Virus record (IMG/VR): IMGVR_UViG_3300045988_046609
Length of the DNA: 64,000 nucleotides
Source of the DNA: a virus
Strand: one strand, 5' to 3'
Positions 11,224 to 19,016 of this stretch are shown in pieces. Position numbers and translations under genes: made by a program. How positions within the stretch are numbered: position 1 is the first letter of the stretch; every line of letters starts with the position of its first letter. The notes under the pieces were generated by a model. The model had not been told where the DNA came from. It was given only the letters and a program-made list of their open reading frames with translations, and searched no databases.

Positions 11224-11964
11224 TTATTCAGGTAAATAAATTTTGTCCCAATAAGTAGTAATTACATTATCTGCATCACTTTCTGCTACTACTATATTCT
11301 TTCCTCTTAGATGAGGTGCTCTTGCTTCTCTTACAGAATTATCTCCTCCTTCAAAAGAAATATGAGTTTCATTCTTCTTTCTATATACATAGCCTACTGC
11401 ATCCGCTTCACCACATATAATATTTGCAAGTTTACCTACTAAATCAAGAGACATTTCAGATAATTCTTCTCCTTCTTTATTAATCATCTTATCTTTTAAG
11501 TGACCAATTAAGATTAAATTATCGCATAGTTCTTTAAACATATCTATTACTTTTCTTACAGCTTGTTGTAAATATAAGTAACCAGATCCATTTGGCAGTG
11601 TTCTAACATCAGAACCAGTATAACCTTTCCCCATTGGAGTAGCCTTATACAATTGTACTGCAAAACTCATGCACATTTCTTCTAATCTAGAAGCATTATC
11701 TATAGTAATATACTTATAAGGTTTCTTACCTGTTTGTTTAATTTCTTCTTTAATAGCACTAGCTATATCTCCTAAATCCTTTACGGATCTAGCTTGTACA
11801 GCTAATGCTTCCAAAAACTCTGATCCTCCTTCTAAGTCTATAATTAGATTGTTGTCTAATCTAGATACTAAAGTAGTTTTACCAGCTTTTGGTTTGCCAA
11901 ATAGTATTAAAAATCTAGGATTTTCTACCTTGGCTTTTATCTTTTCTTTTGGTAATACAATCAT
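11224..11964 (-). CDS. RecA-like ATPase (AAA_24 / Sak4-like)
   Basis: Walker A GKPKAGKTT and Walker B-like NLILIGH. Size and context are typical of phage Sak4-type annealing ATPases. Confidence 0.6.
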   Translation of the reverse strand: MIVLPKEKIKAKVENPRFLILFGKPKAGKTTLVSRLDNNLIIDLEGGSEFLEALAVQARSVKDLGDIASAIKEEIKQTGKKPYKYITIDNASRLEEMCMSFAVQLYKATPMGKGYTGSDVRTLPNGSGYLYLQQAVRKVIDMFKELCDNLILIGHLKDKMINKEGEELSEMSLDLVGKLANIICGEADAVGYVYRKKNETHISFEGGDNSVREARAPHLRGKNIVVAESDADNVITTYWDKIYLPE

Positions 11965-11987
11965 AAAGCTTATTTATGTTATATTCC

Positions 11988-12017
11988 TCTGATAAGTTTC
12001 TGATAAGTTTCTGATAT
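11988..12017. repeat. tandem 11-bp repeats TCTGATAAGTT (2.7 copies)
   Basis: The sequence is tctgataagtt tctgataagtt tctgatat. TGATAA cores at 11990, 12001 and 12012, 24-53 nt upstream of the ATG at 11964. Confidence 0.8.
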
Positions 12018-12034
12018 ATGGAATAATTATTTTA

Positions 12035-12550
12035 TTAGAATAAACCACGATTTTTAATCTTAATCGTGATATTGATAATAGTTTTCTTAGTTTTAGGTTT
12101 CAAATGGTTTAATGAACCTGGCATGATTGGAATAATATCGTATCCAATCTGTACGAAATTATCGAAGATCTTAATAGGAGTACCAAATTCGTCTTCAAAG
12201 TCATAATCTTTCTCAAACGGATAGTTTTCTTTAGCAAATATATCAAGAGCATTAATTGCTTTAAAGAATTCTTTCTCAAGATCGAAATTAATAGTATCTT
12301 CGTTCCAACACTTAAACGGGCAGTTAGCACATTCTTTAGGAAGCCAGCTAACTTTATGAGTATTGCTCAACCCAAGAGTAATAATATCTCCTGCAGATGC
12401 ATACTCTACACCATTATTAGAATATGGATAATCAAATTTACTATCTACTGTCAACCAAGGGTAGGCAGTGATTACTCGTTTCAACAAATTATCTTTATAA
12501 ATTTTTGCAGTATCTTCTTTCTTCGGTAATGTAATTGTATATGTTTTCAT
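12035..12550 (-). CDS. hypothetical protein
   Basis: Track ORF 12035-12625 trimmed to the first ATG (MKTYTITLPKK...). The track start is a TTG inside the helicase gene. TAA stop. Confidence 0.6.
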   Translation of the reverse strand: MKTYTITLPKKEDTAKIYKDNLLKRVITAYPWLTVDSKFDYPYSNNGVEYASAGDIITLGLSNTHKVSWLPKECANCPFKCWNEDTINFDLEKEFFKAINALDIFAKENYPFEKDYDFEDEFGTPIKIFDNFVQIGYDIIPIMPGSLNHLKPKTKKTIINITIKIKNRGLF

Positions 12551-12566
12551 AATTTTCAGCCTTTTT

Positions 12567-13553
12567 TTAATTGTTATTACTAAACGAAAATTTCTTTGCT
12601 GGTTCTTCGTCTCGTACTGTTTCAATTAAATTATTGTATTTTAGATCGTTATCAAACTCTAATATTGAACATTCGCCTGCATCTCTGTTTTTTAGTATAT
12701 GCAGATAGACTTTGTTCTTAACTAGTAAACGATTCGGTCCATATTGTTGTATATTGAGTAGTTCTGGTCTATGAATACAAATAACATAATCAGAAGCATG
12801 AAATATTGTATCAGCAGAAGAAATATCGCTACGCATTGGATAATGCATAGAAGGATTGTTAATTCTATCAGGAGCTTCAATGTTTCGGTTCATCTGTGAT
12901 AACTGAATTATAGTAGTATTAGGGTATTTTTTTACCTTAATAAATAGTTTCTGTAAATCCGAAATCACTTGCAAGGCAGAAGCTTGACCTTCAACAAGTA
13001 ATGTATGATCTAATATGATCACAAATCTCTTGCCTTTAGCCTTATTCTCATAGAAGTAATCTATAGTAGAAGCTATATTGTCAACTGTTCCCGGTGTATC
13101 TACATAATATATCGGATATGACTTTATTTGTTGAGTTGTTTCTTCAACATTCTCTAATAATTCATCTGTAAGACTATTATTAGCGCTATATAGCTCAGCA
13201 GTAGTTTGCCTTAACTTACTGCTTATTTTTCTACCTACTTGCCTAGAACTTAGCATCTCAAAAGAGAAGTTAAGTACTATAACATCCTGATCAGAATTGA
13301 GATCTATTAAATCGTTTTCTAACGTATTCACAAATGAAGACTTTCCACTACCAGATATACCTACTATAGTATAAATAGTATTGGGTTCAATTCCTCCCAT
13401 ACATTGAGTATTGAACTTCTTCCACCTTGTCTTAAGAGATTCAATCTCATGATTTTTTCTCTTCTTTATATATTCTACTGTCTCTATAGCTGCAGAAGAT
13501 ATATGACGAAATGTAAGTGTATTAGTAGATATCTGTTCCATAATTATTTTCAA
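12567..13553 (-). CDS. DnaB-like replicative helicase (RecA-fold C-terminal domain type)
   Basis: Walker A GISGSGKSSF, Walker B FVIILDHTLL, and the QLSQMNR region. Confidence 0.7.
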   Translation of the reverse strand: MKIIMEQISTNTLTFRHISSAAIETVEYIKKRKNHEIESLKTRWKKFNTQCMGGIEPNTIYTIVGISGSGKSSFVNTLENDLIDLNSDQDVIVLNFSFEMLSSRQVGRKISSKLRQTTAELYSANNSLTDELLENVEETTQQIKSYPIYYVDTPGTVDNIASTIDYFYENKAKGKRFVIILDHTLLVEGQASALQVISDLQKLFIKVKKYPNTTIIQLSQMNRNIEAPDRINNPSMHYPMRSDISSADTIFHASDYVICIHRPELLNIQQYGPNRLLVKNKVYLHILKNRDAGECSILEFDNDLKYNNLIETVRDEEPAKKFSFSNNN

Positions 13554-14088
13554 TTAATGGTTGTTCTACTTTCATTTGCTCTTCATAGGTTTCCCACTCA
13601 TGTTGAGTGAGCCATTTCCACATAGTTTTCATATAACCTATTTTTCCAGTAAGCATTTTATTCTCTATCTCAAATTTAAGACAGTTGCATATATGCTGAT
13701 GCATAGCTTTACTTTTGCCTACTATACGATTATATTCTTTCCTACATTTGTTTACATTAGCTCTTAAGAACCCTTTAGTTCCGTCAGGTCTTATAACATA
13801 AACTGGAAATAGGTCATAAAATTCATCAAACATAGATTTATCTTCTTTTAGAAGTTCAATTAATTTTGATGTTTTACTTATGACTTGGCTACTATCAGAT
13901 TTTGTGATAGTTATTAAACCTTGATTTTCTAACTCTTGTATTTCTTCTTCATTAACTAGGCTGAGAAGTCTCTGAATGTCTTGATTGATGGTTTGATTAT
14001 CATTCAATACAAGCGTTAGGAATACTAACTGATTAATAGATAAATTTTCAATCCGTTCAAGGATTGAGGTGTCTATTTCTAAAATCAT
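13522..14088 (-). CDS. hypothetical replication-module protein
   Basis: 188-aa ORF between the polymerase and the helicase. No motif recognised. Confidence 0.6.
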   Translation of the reverse strand: MILEIDTSILERIENLSINQLVFLTLVLNDNQTINQDIQRLLSLVNEEEIQELENQGLITITKSDSSQVISKTSKLIELLKEDKSMFDEFYDLFPVYVIRPDGTKGFLRANVNKCRKEYNRIVGKSKAMHQHICNCLKFEIENKMLTGKIGYMKTMWKWLTQHEWETYEEQMKVEQPLIENNYGTDIY

Positions 14089-14146
14089 ATTCTCATATTT
14101 TTTACATGAGCTATGTTTTTTCTGAAATATATTTGATAAGTCTTTG

Positions 14147-16096
14147 TTAATCCCATAGACTCATTTGTAACGGTTTTAATTCACGGATTATTTTATAGGC
14201 TTCCATAATATAGTACCTATAATTAATCTTTCTCTCTTCAATTGGTTTATCATCTAAGTAATTTAATAAAGTAACACCAGACGCAGTAAGCATATTCTGA
14301 TACTGTTTTTCTGTAGGACATGGAATACTTATATCAAAACGATTAGTATCTTTTTCCTTCCATTTCCATAGATAAGCACCATTAGTACTTGCATAGAAAC
14401 GATTAGTCCTTTGTTGTTCTTTATTATTATACTCAATATGCCATTGTTTACCAGTTTTTTCAGCCATTAGAAAATCTCTAATATCTTGGCAACCTTTTAT
14501 AGTTTCTTCTACTGGTACTCCGTTCTTAAAAAAGTTTATTACTGCTTTCGGTATGATCTTCGGAGTTAAACCTTTCCCTAATTTCACAGTAGTAATAAAC
14601 ATACCCTTTTCTTTTACTTTATCATCTTCAGTAATAGCAAAGTAGTCATTTATAGCACATTGATACATAGCCTTAAAACGTTCCTCTTCTAAAGTAAGTT
14701 TAGTAAGTTGTTCCCATTCTCTACATACTTTGTTTACACTAACATATACAGATTTTTTAAGTAATACAAACAAACCGTCTGTATTAGCTTGGATGATTCG
14801 GCATCCTAATTGGGTTAGTTTTTCAGCTAGCATTAACAATAGAAGCTGACCGTTAATTCGGATTTTCATAACAGCTTCTGGACTATAACAGAAATTATGT
14901 GGATTCTGTAAGTTACCTGATAATCCATTGAGAGCAAGCTTTAAGGTTTCGTTTTTAACCTTATTGCCATTGTGTTTAGCTTCGATACGCTCATCTTTAA
15001 TTTGCTTATATACTTCTAAGAACTCAGGTCCTAAATGTTTAGGATAGAACCCATATTCTATTAGCATACTTGGATATAGTGATGCAACATCTATATCAAT
15101 GAGCATTTCATCTTCTTTTGGTATAACTATTTCAGGATCATTTACTGAATGAATTCCTCCAACTCCTACAGAATATCTTAGTCCTTCAAATATGAATTTA
15201 TTTTCATATCCTTTTCTTCCTGGAGATACTATTTGACTTTTCATATCATCTAGTACTCCTTGAAGTATCGGACTGTCATACTTAATAAATGGTAGTATTA
15301 CCTTATTTAATGGTATTACATCCATTGGAGATCTTAAATCTTTAATATCATACCAGGTTTGACCTGTTTTTTCAAGATATTTCTGTGTTAAAATCTTCAT
15401 TCCAATGTTTACTCCGTCTTTACTAAGTACTCTTACTCCGTATTCATCTTCAATAGCTAACCTTAAATCTACATCTTTTTTACATCTATTGAGTAATTCC
15501 TCAGTAGAATTAACATCATTAATATTATATTCAATCATTGAATCTATCTGATTTTCAGGTAAATCTGCCTGCCAATCTGCAACAAATTCTTGTACATTTT
15601 TGTATTGCATTGTTACTTGAATCTCTTTCAAACCTACTCTTAACTTATTACTATAAAGCATAGTAAGAATATCAAACGAATCAAAACAGATCATATATTT
15701 CCACTTACTCCATGCTCTAATATCATCTTCGCTAGAAGTAGTAATTACTTTACTTAAATTAAATATAGATCTACATATATCTCTATATCCTTTGTATTTC
15801 ATTATAATATAATAATCTATTATGTAATTTATAATAGGATTATCGTAATGAAGATTATTATAACCACAAAATAATTTATCAGTATTTAACTGAATTTTCG
15901 TAGTATATAAATCTCCGAAAGTATAATCTGTATCAACGGTATGAAAGAAATTAACTAATTCATCTAATTGATTTCTTCTGCAAGATATTTCAAATTTATG
16001 CAACTCACCTGTTTCTGTATTTTTTACAGTACAATGGAAAACATTGGGGAATACCTCAATATCATATACATAAACAATCTTATCTCGTATAATCAT
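14147..16096 (-). CDS. family B DNA polymerase
   Basis: Exo I VYDIEVF, Exo II NNLHYDNPII and Exo III YNINDVNST. Polymerase motif A DVASLYPS, motif B KLALNGLSG and motif C ANTDGLF. Confidence 0.9.
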   Translation of the reverse strand: MIIRDKIVYVYDIEVFPNVFHCTVKNTETGELHKFEISCRRNQLDELVNFFHTVDTDYTFGDLYTTKIQLNTDKLFCGYNNLHYDNPIINYIIDYYIIMKYKGYRDICRSIFNLSKVITTSSEDDIRAWSKWKYMICFDSFDILTMLYSNKLRVGLKEIQVTMQYKNVQEFVADWQADLPENQIDSMIEYNINDVNSTEELLNRCKKDVDLRLAIEDEYGVRVLSKDGVNIGMKILTQKYLEKTGQTWYDIKDLRSPMDVIPLNKVILPFIKYDSPILQGVLDDMKSQIVSPGRKGYENKFIFEGLRYSVGVGGIHSVNDPEIVIPKEDEMLIDIDVASLYPSMLIEYGFYPKHLGPEFLEVYKQIKDERIEAKHNGNKVKNETLKLALNGLSGNLQNPHNFCYSPEAVMKIRINGQLLLLMLAEKLTQLGCRIIQANTDGLFVLLKKSVYVSVNKVCREWEQLTKLTLEEERFKAMYQCAINDYFAITEDDKVKEKGMFITTVKLGKGLTPKIIPKAVINFFKNGVPVEETIKGCQDIRDFLMAEKTGKQWHIEYNNKEQQRTNRFYASTNGAYLWKWKEKDTNRFDISIPCPTEKQYQNMLTASGVTLLNYLDDKPIEERKINYRYYIMEAYKIIRELKPLQMSLWD

Positions 16097-16116
16097 AATA
16101 TAATAATGTTAGTTTG

Positions 16117-16234
16117 TTCCCTATTTCGGATTTGAACCGACGACCTCCCCTAACATATACGAATATATAGTAATACGAATATTACATCAATATATACGAA
16201 TTACAGGATGCTCTACCACTGAGCTACTAGGGAT
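16117..16234 (-). ncRNA. tRNA-like gene with a roughly 51-nt AT-rich insertion at the anticodon position
   Basis: Minus strand: acceptor TCCCTA(G)/(A)TAGGGA. Textbook D arm GCTC-AGTGGTA-GAGC. Variable loop AGGTC. T arm (G)TCGG-TTCAAAT-CCGA(A). Between a weak TCCT/AGGG stem lies a 51-nt insert carrying three copies of ATTCGTAT. No assignable anticodon. Confidence 0.5.
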
Positions 16235-16242
16235 CCATGAAA

Positions 16243-16854
16243 TTATGCTGCAAGCAATTTTGACTTAGTATAATATATAATATTATTATCTTTACTATCC
16301 TGGATTCTAATACCAGTTACATCATCATTGTCTGCATATTTTTTAGCTATTTTCATAGCTTTATTTTTAGCGTCTTCACGAGAAGATGCTTTAAAATAGT
16401 CTGTCAAAAAATCATAATCTCTTTGTGGATTATCTTCTGACTTTTTCTGTACTACATACTGAAATGTACGTATATCAGCTTTTTCTTTTATTGATAATTC
16501 AGCAGCAGTATATCCTTTCTGAATCTTTTTATTAACAAATTCAGAAATATGTTTGCGCTCTTTAAGCAATTGTTCTCGTAATCCTTGCTTAATTTTAATG
16601 CGCTCCTTTATCTGTTCTTTAGTTAACGTAACAGGTTTTGGTTTTTCAAATAATTTGTTCTTTACAATACGTGTAAATTTACGTTTTTCCTTACTAGTAT
16701 ACTTGTTAGTAGGATCATATCCTGCTTCTTTAAGTATTTGTTTAATGCGTTCTTTCTTAGAAAGCTTAGCATTTTTATTCTCATTACGAGATTCTGTTGC
16801 TATTTTTGTTGTATATTCTGCTTGACGCTTATCTATATAAATAACTTTTTCCAT
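16243..16854 (-). CDS. hypothetical lysine-rich protein
   Basis: 203-aa ORF with ATG start and TAA stop. K/E-rich. Confidence 0.65.
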   Translation of the reverse strand: MEKVIYIDKRQAEYTTKIATESRNENKNAKLSKKERIKQILKEAGYDPTNKYTSKEKRKFTRIVKNKLFEKPKPVTLTKEQIKERIKIKQGLREQLLKERKHISEFVNKKIQKGYTAAELSIKEKADIRTFQYVVQKKSEDNPQRDYDFLTDYFKASSREDAKNKAMKIAKKYADNDDVTGIRIQDSKDNNIIYYTKSKLLAA

Positions 16855-16868
16855 AATCTTGATAATTT

Positions 16869-17072
16869 TTATTCTTTATTACTTGTTAAGTAAAATCCTT
16901 GTATTTTCTTAGGAGACTTAACGTTACTATTCTCTTTGTACTTTATAGTTACATAATTATAACCTAATATAATATGTTCTATATCTGTACAAGTATTAAG
17001 AGCATCGTTTACACGATGCTCAAAATGCTTATTAGTTTCAAATAAACCTTTTCTAATATATTTAGCTTTCAT
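16869..17072 (-). CDS. hypothetical protein
   Basis: 67-aa ORF, tightly packed against its neighbours (ATGA-type overlap). Confidence 0.55.
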   Translation of the reverse strand: MKAKYIRKGLFETNKHFEHRVNDALNTCTDIEHIILGYNYVTIKYKENSNVKSPKKIQGFYLTSNKE

Positions 17073-17581
17073 TATGCAACTAAGGCTATAGGAGCAGATT
17101 CAATATTTAGTTCTGCACTATTATTGAAATCTTCAAGTTCCTTATTAAGTTTATTAATTTCTAATTGTAATTTATTTTTTAAGTTTGTTATATATGCAGA
17201 AGTTAGTTCTTCTGTAATATTCAATCCTTTCTTACTCTTAGCTCGTTTGATCTTAGGATCGATAGTACGTACTTTAGTAAGATGAAATAGTTGTTCAGAT
17301 TTCTCACTTAGTGAGAAAATAGTAAAATAGTTATTACTAGTAGGAAGCTCTGAAAACTTTTTATATCCCATATTAATACATTGCAGATATAGCTTCATTA
17401 GAATGCGTTCTTCTGCCATTTCTTCAATTTTTGTTAAAAGCACCTTCAAATCAAAATTGCGAGTTGCTTCTTTAGATATAACATTTTCATTTTTAATAAT
17501 ATTCCAGTACTTAGTAATTTCTTTACTTAACTCGTCACGACGAGTTTTTGCATATTTAGATGTAATTGATTTCATATTCAA
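17072..17581 (-). CDS. hypothetical protein (coiled-coil-like)
   Basis: 169-aa ORF with ATG start and TAA stop. Confidence 0.65.
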   Translation of the reverse strand: MNMKSITSKYAKTRRDELSKEITKYWNIIKNENVISKEATRNFDLKVLLTKIEEMAEERILMKLYLQCINMGYKKFSELPTSNNYFTIFSLSEKSEQLFHLTKVRTIDPKIKRAKSKKGLNITEELTSAYITNLKNKLQLEINKLNKELEDFNNSAELNIESAPIALVA

Positions 17582-17630
17582 GTGATTTGTTTTTTAAGTT
17601 AATACTTGACCGAAATCGTTTACTAGTTTG

Positions 17631-17697
17631 TCATGCATAACAGATTCAAACTGCTGTCTCTATTAAATAGCGCTCTAATCAACTAAGCTAATGCATG
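17631..17697 (-). ncRNA. tRNA-like element with a truncated (11-nt) anticodon arm
   Basis: Minus strand: perfect 7-bp acceptor CATGCAT/ATGCATG. D arm GCTT-AGTTGATTA-GAGC. T arm AGCAG-TTTGAAT-CTGTT. The anticodon arm is reduced to CTATTTAATAG. 67 nt in total. Confidence 0.5.
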
Positions 17698-17782
17698 AGA
17701 ATTAAAAACTACCCAATTCAGCAGTTTTTATAAAAAAAGTACCCAATTCAGTACTTAGAAATGTTTAATCATTAGGTCCAAT

Positions 17783-18361
17783 TCAACCTTTTCTGATTTT
17801 AACAATTTTGTTATTTAGCTTTCCGATGATCGGTAATATCCGTCCACCACCGAGATCTACACCTACGCCAATCTCAACATCACCGTCAAGACTGTACTCG
17901 TGTTTATACTGTTCACGTTGTTCTTCTGCATATTTTTTTGCATTTTCCTGATTGATATATTTAGAATGTAGTTCCCCGTCTGAACAATTCCTCATACTAT
18001 CAAACAAAATATCTACTACACAGTCGAAGTCGCGTTCTTTTACAGCTTTATCAAGAATACTTTTAGTAATTCCGTCAAAAGCAACATCATTTCTGGATCC
18101 ATTAGATCCAGTAATTGCGTCTGCTATACGAATTGATGCATCTATAATACTTACCGATTCATAAGAATTACAGCATCTTTGCCACCAAATTGGTCCACGT
18201 CCATAATAAAAATAGACGGTTCCATTCTCTTTAATTTGAACCTTTTTAGGAGTTTCAATTACAGCTCCGTTCCGAATCTGAACTTTGCTGAGAATTGTTG
18301 GCTCTGAGCAAATAAGTATTCGCAGAAGCTCTACTCTTATAGGAGAAATTCTGCTATTCAT
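17783..18361 (-). CDS. hypothetical protein
   Basis: 192-aa ORF with TGA stop. Visibly more GC-rich than its neighbours. Confidence 0.65.
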   Translation of the reverse strand: MNSRISPIRVELLRILICSEPTILSKVQIRNGAVIETPKKVQIKENGTVYFYYGRGPIWWQRCCNSYESVSIIDASIRIADAITGSNGSRNDVAFDGITKSILDKAVKERDFDCVVDILFDSMRNCSDGELHSKYINQENAKKYAEEQREQYKHEYSLDGDVEIGVGVDLGGGRILPIIGKLNNKIVKIRKG

Positions 18362-18368
18362 AACTTAC

Positions 18369-19016
18369 TTATCCCTGGGCTTGTTCGATAGTTACGTTTA
18401 CTTCTACCTGATCTTCGTTAGTGATCCCACACTGCCGTAAGTACTCTACTTGAGCACGATCCTGTTGGTCCATAATGTTCCGGACAGTTTCTGCAAGTTG
18501 CATGTTTTTACGGGCTTGTTCCTCATAGAAATTCAGAATAGATGAGTTATGCATCTTTAAGCATGTATTCAACTGCGGAAGTTCAGAAGGACCAAAGAAA
18601 ATAGGTCTTGTAGGATTTGTTGGATCGTTCGGCTTGGTTAATGTTGCAATACAGGCCATTACACTTTCCCGGGTTGCTTTCTGGAAATTCGGTTCAGCAA
18701 GATCAAATACCAGTGATGGATCCTGAGACTTCGGATTCAGAATTACCTTTGGATGACCGTCAAAGTCCTTTTCACAAAGTTCAATACCTGTAATATCAAT
18801 AGGCTTGACTATGAAAATCCGGACATCCTTCCGTAATGTGTTCTTGTCATTCTGAACATCTTCTTTCCATTTCAGATCTGGGTTGTGTGATACAATTGTA
18901 TAGATCTGGCTACTAAAGTATTCTCCATACTTTTTACAAACTTGCCGATATCGAGCCATAATAGAAGCTAACTCCGTGTTAGGAGTAACCATTTGTATTT
19001 TACTATTTTGTTCCAT
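18369..19016 (-). CDS. hypothetical protein
   Basis: 215-aa ORF with ATG start and TAA stop. More GC-rich than the block average. Confidence 0.65.
   Translation of the reverse strand: MEQNSKIQMVTPNTELASIMARYRQVCKKYGEYFSSQIYTIVSHNPDLKWKEDVQNDKNTLRKDVRIFIVKPIDITGIELCEKDFDGHPKVILNPKSQDPSLVFDLAEPNFQKATRESVMACIATLTKPNDPTNPTRPIFFGPSELPQLNTCLKMHNSSILNFYEEQARKNMQLAETVRNIMDQQDRAQVEYLRQCGITNEDQVEVNVTIEQAQG

Noticed and set aside
7670-18164. Plus-strand ORFs inside minus-strand genes: 7670-7900, 9273-9539, 13404-13610, 13561-13767, 16553-16825, 17403-17585 and 17952-18164. Also the nested minus-strand ORF 12109-12330.
   Set aside because: Each lies wholly within a longer ORF that has recognisable motifs or tight operon packing. 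Their Phe/Leu/Ser-rich sequences are typical of shadow frames.
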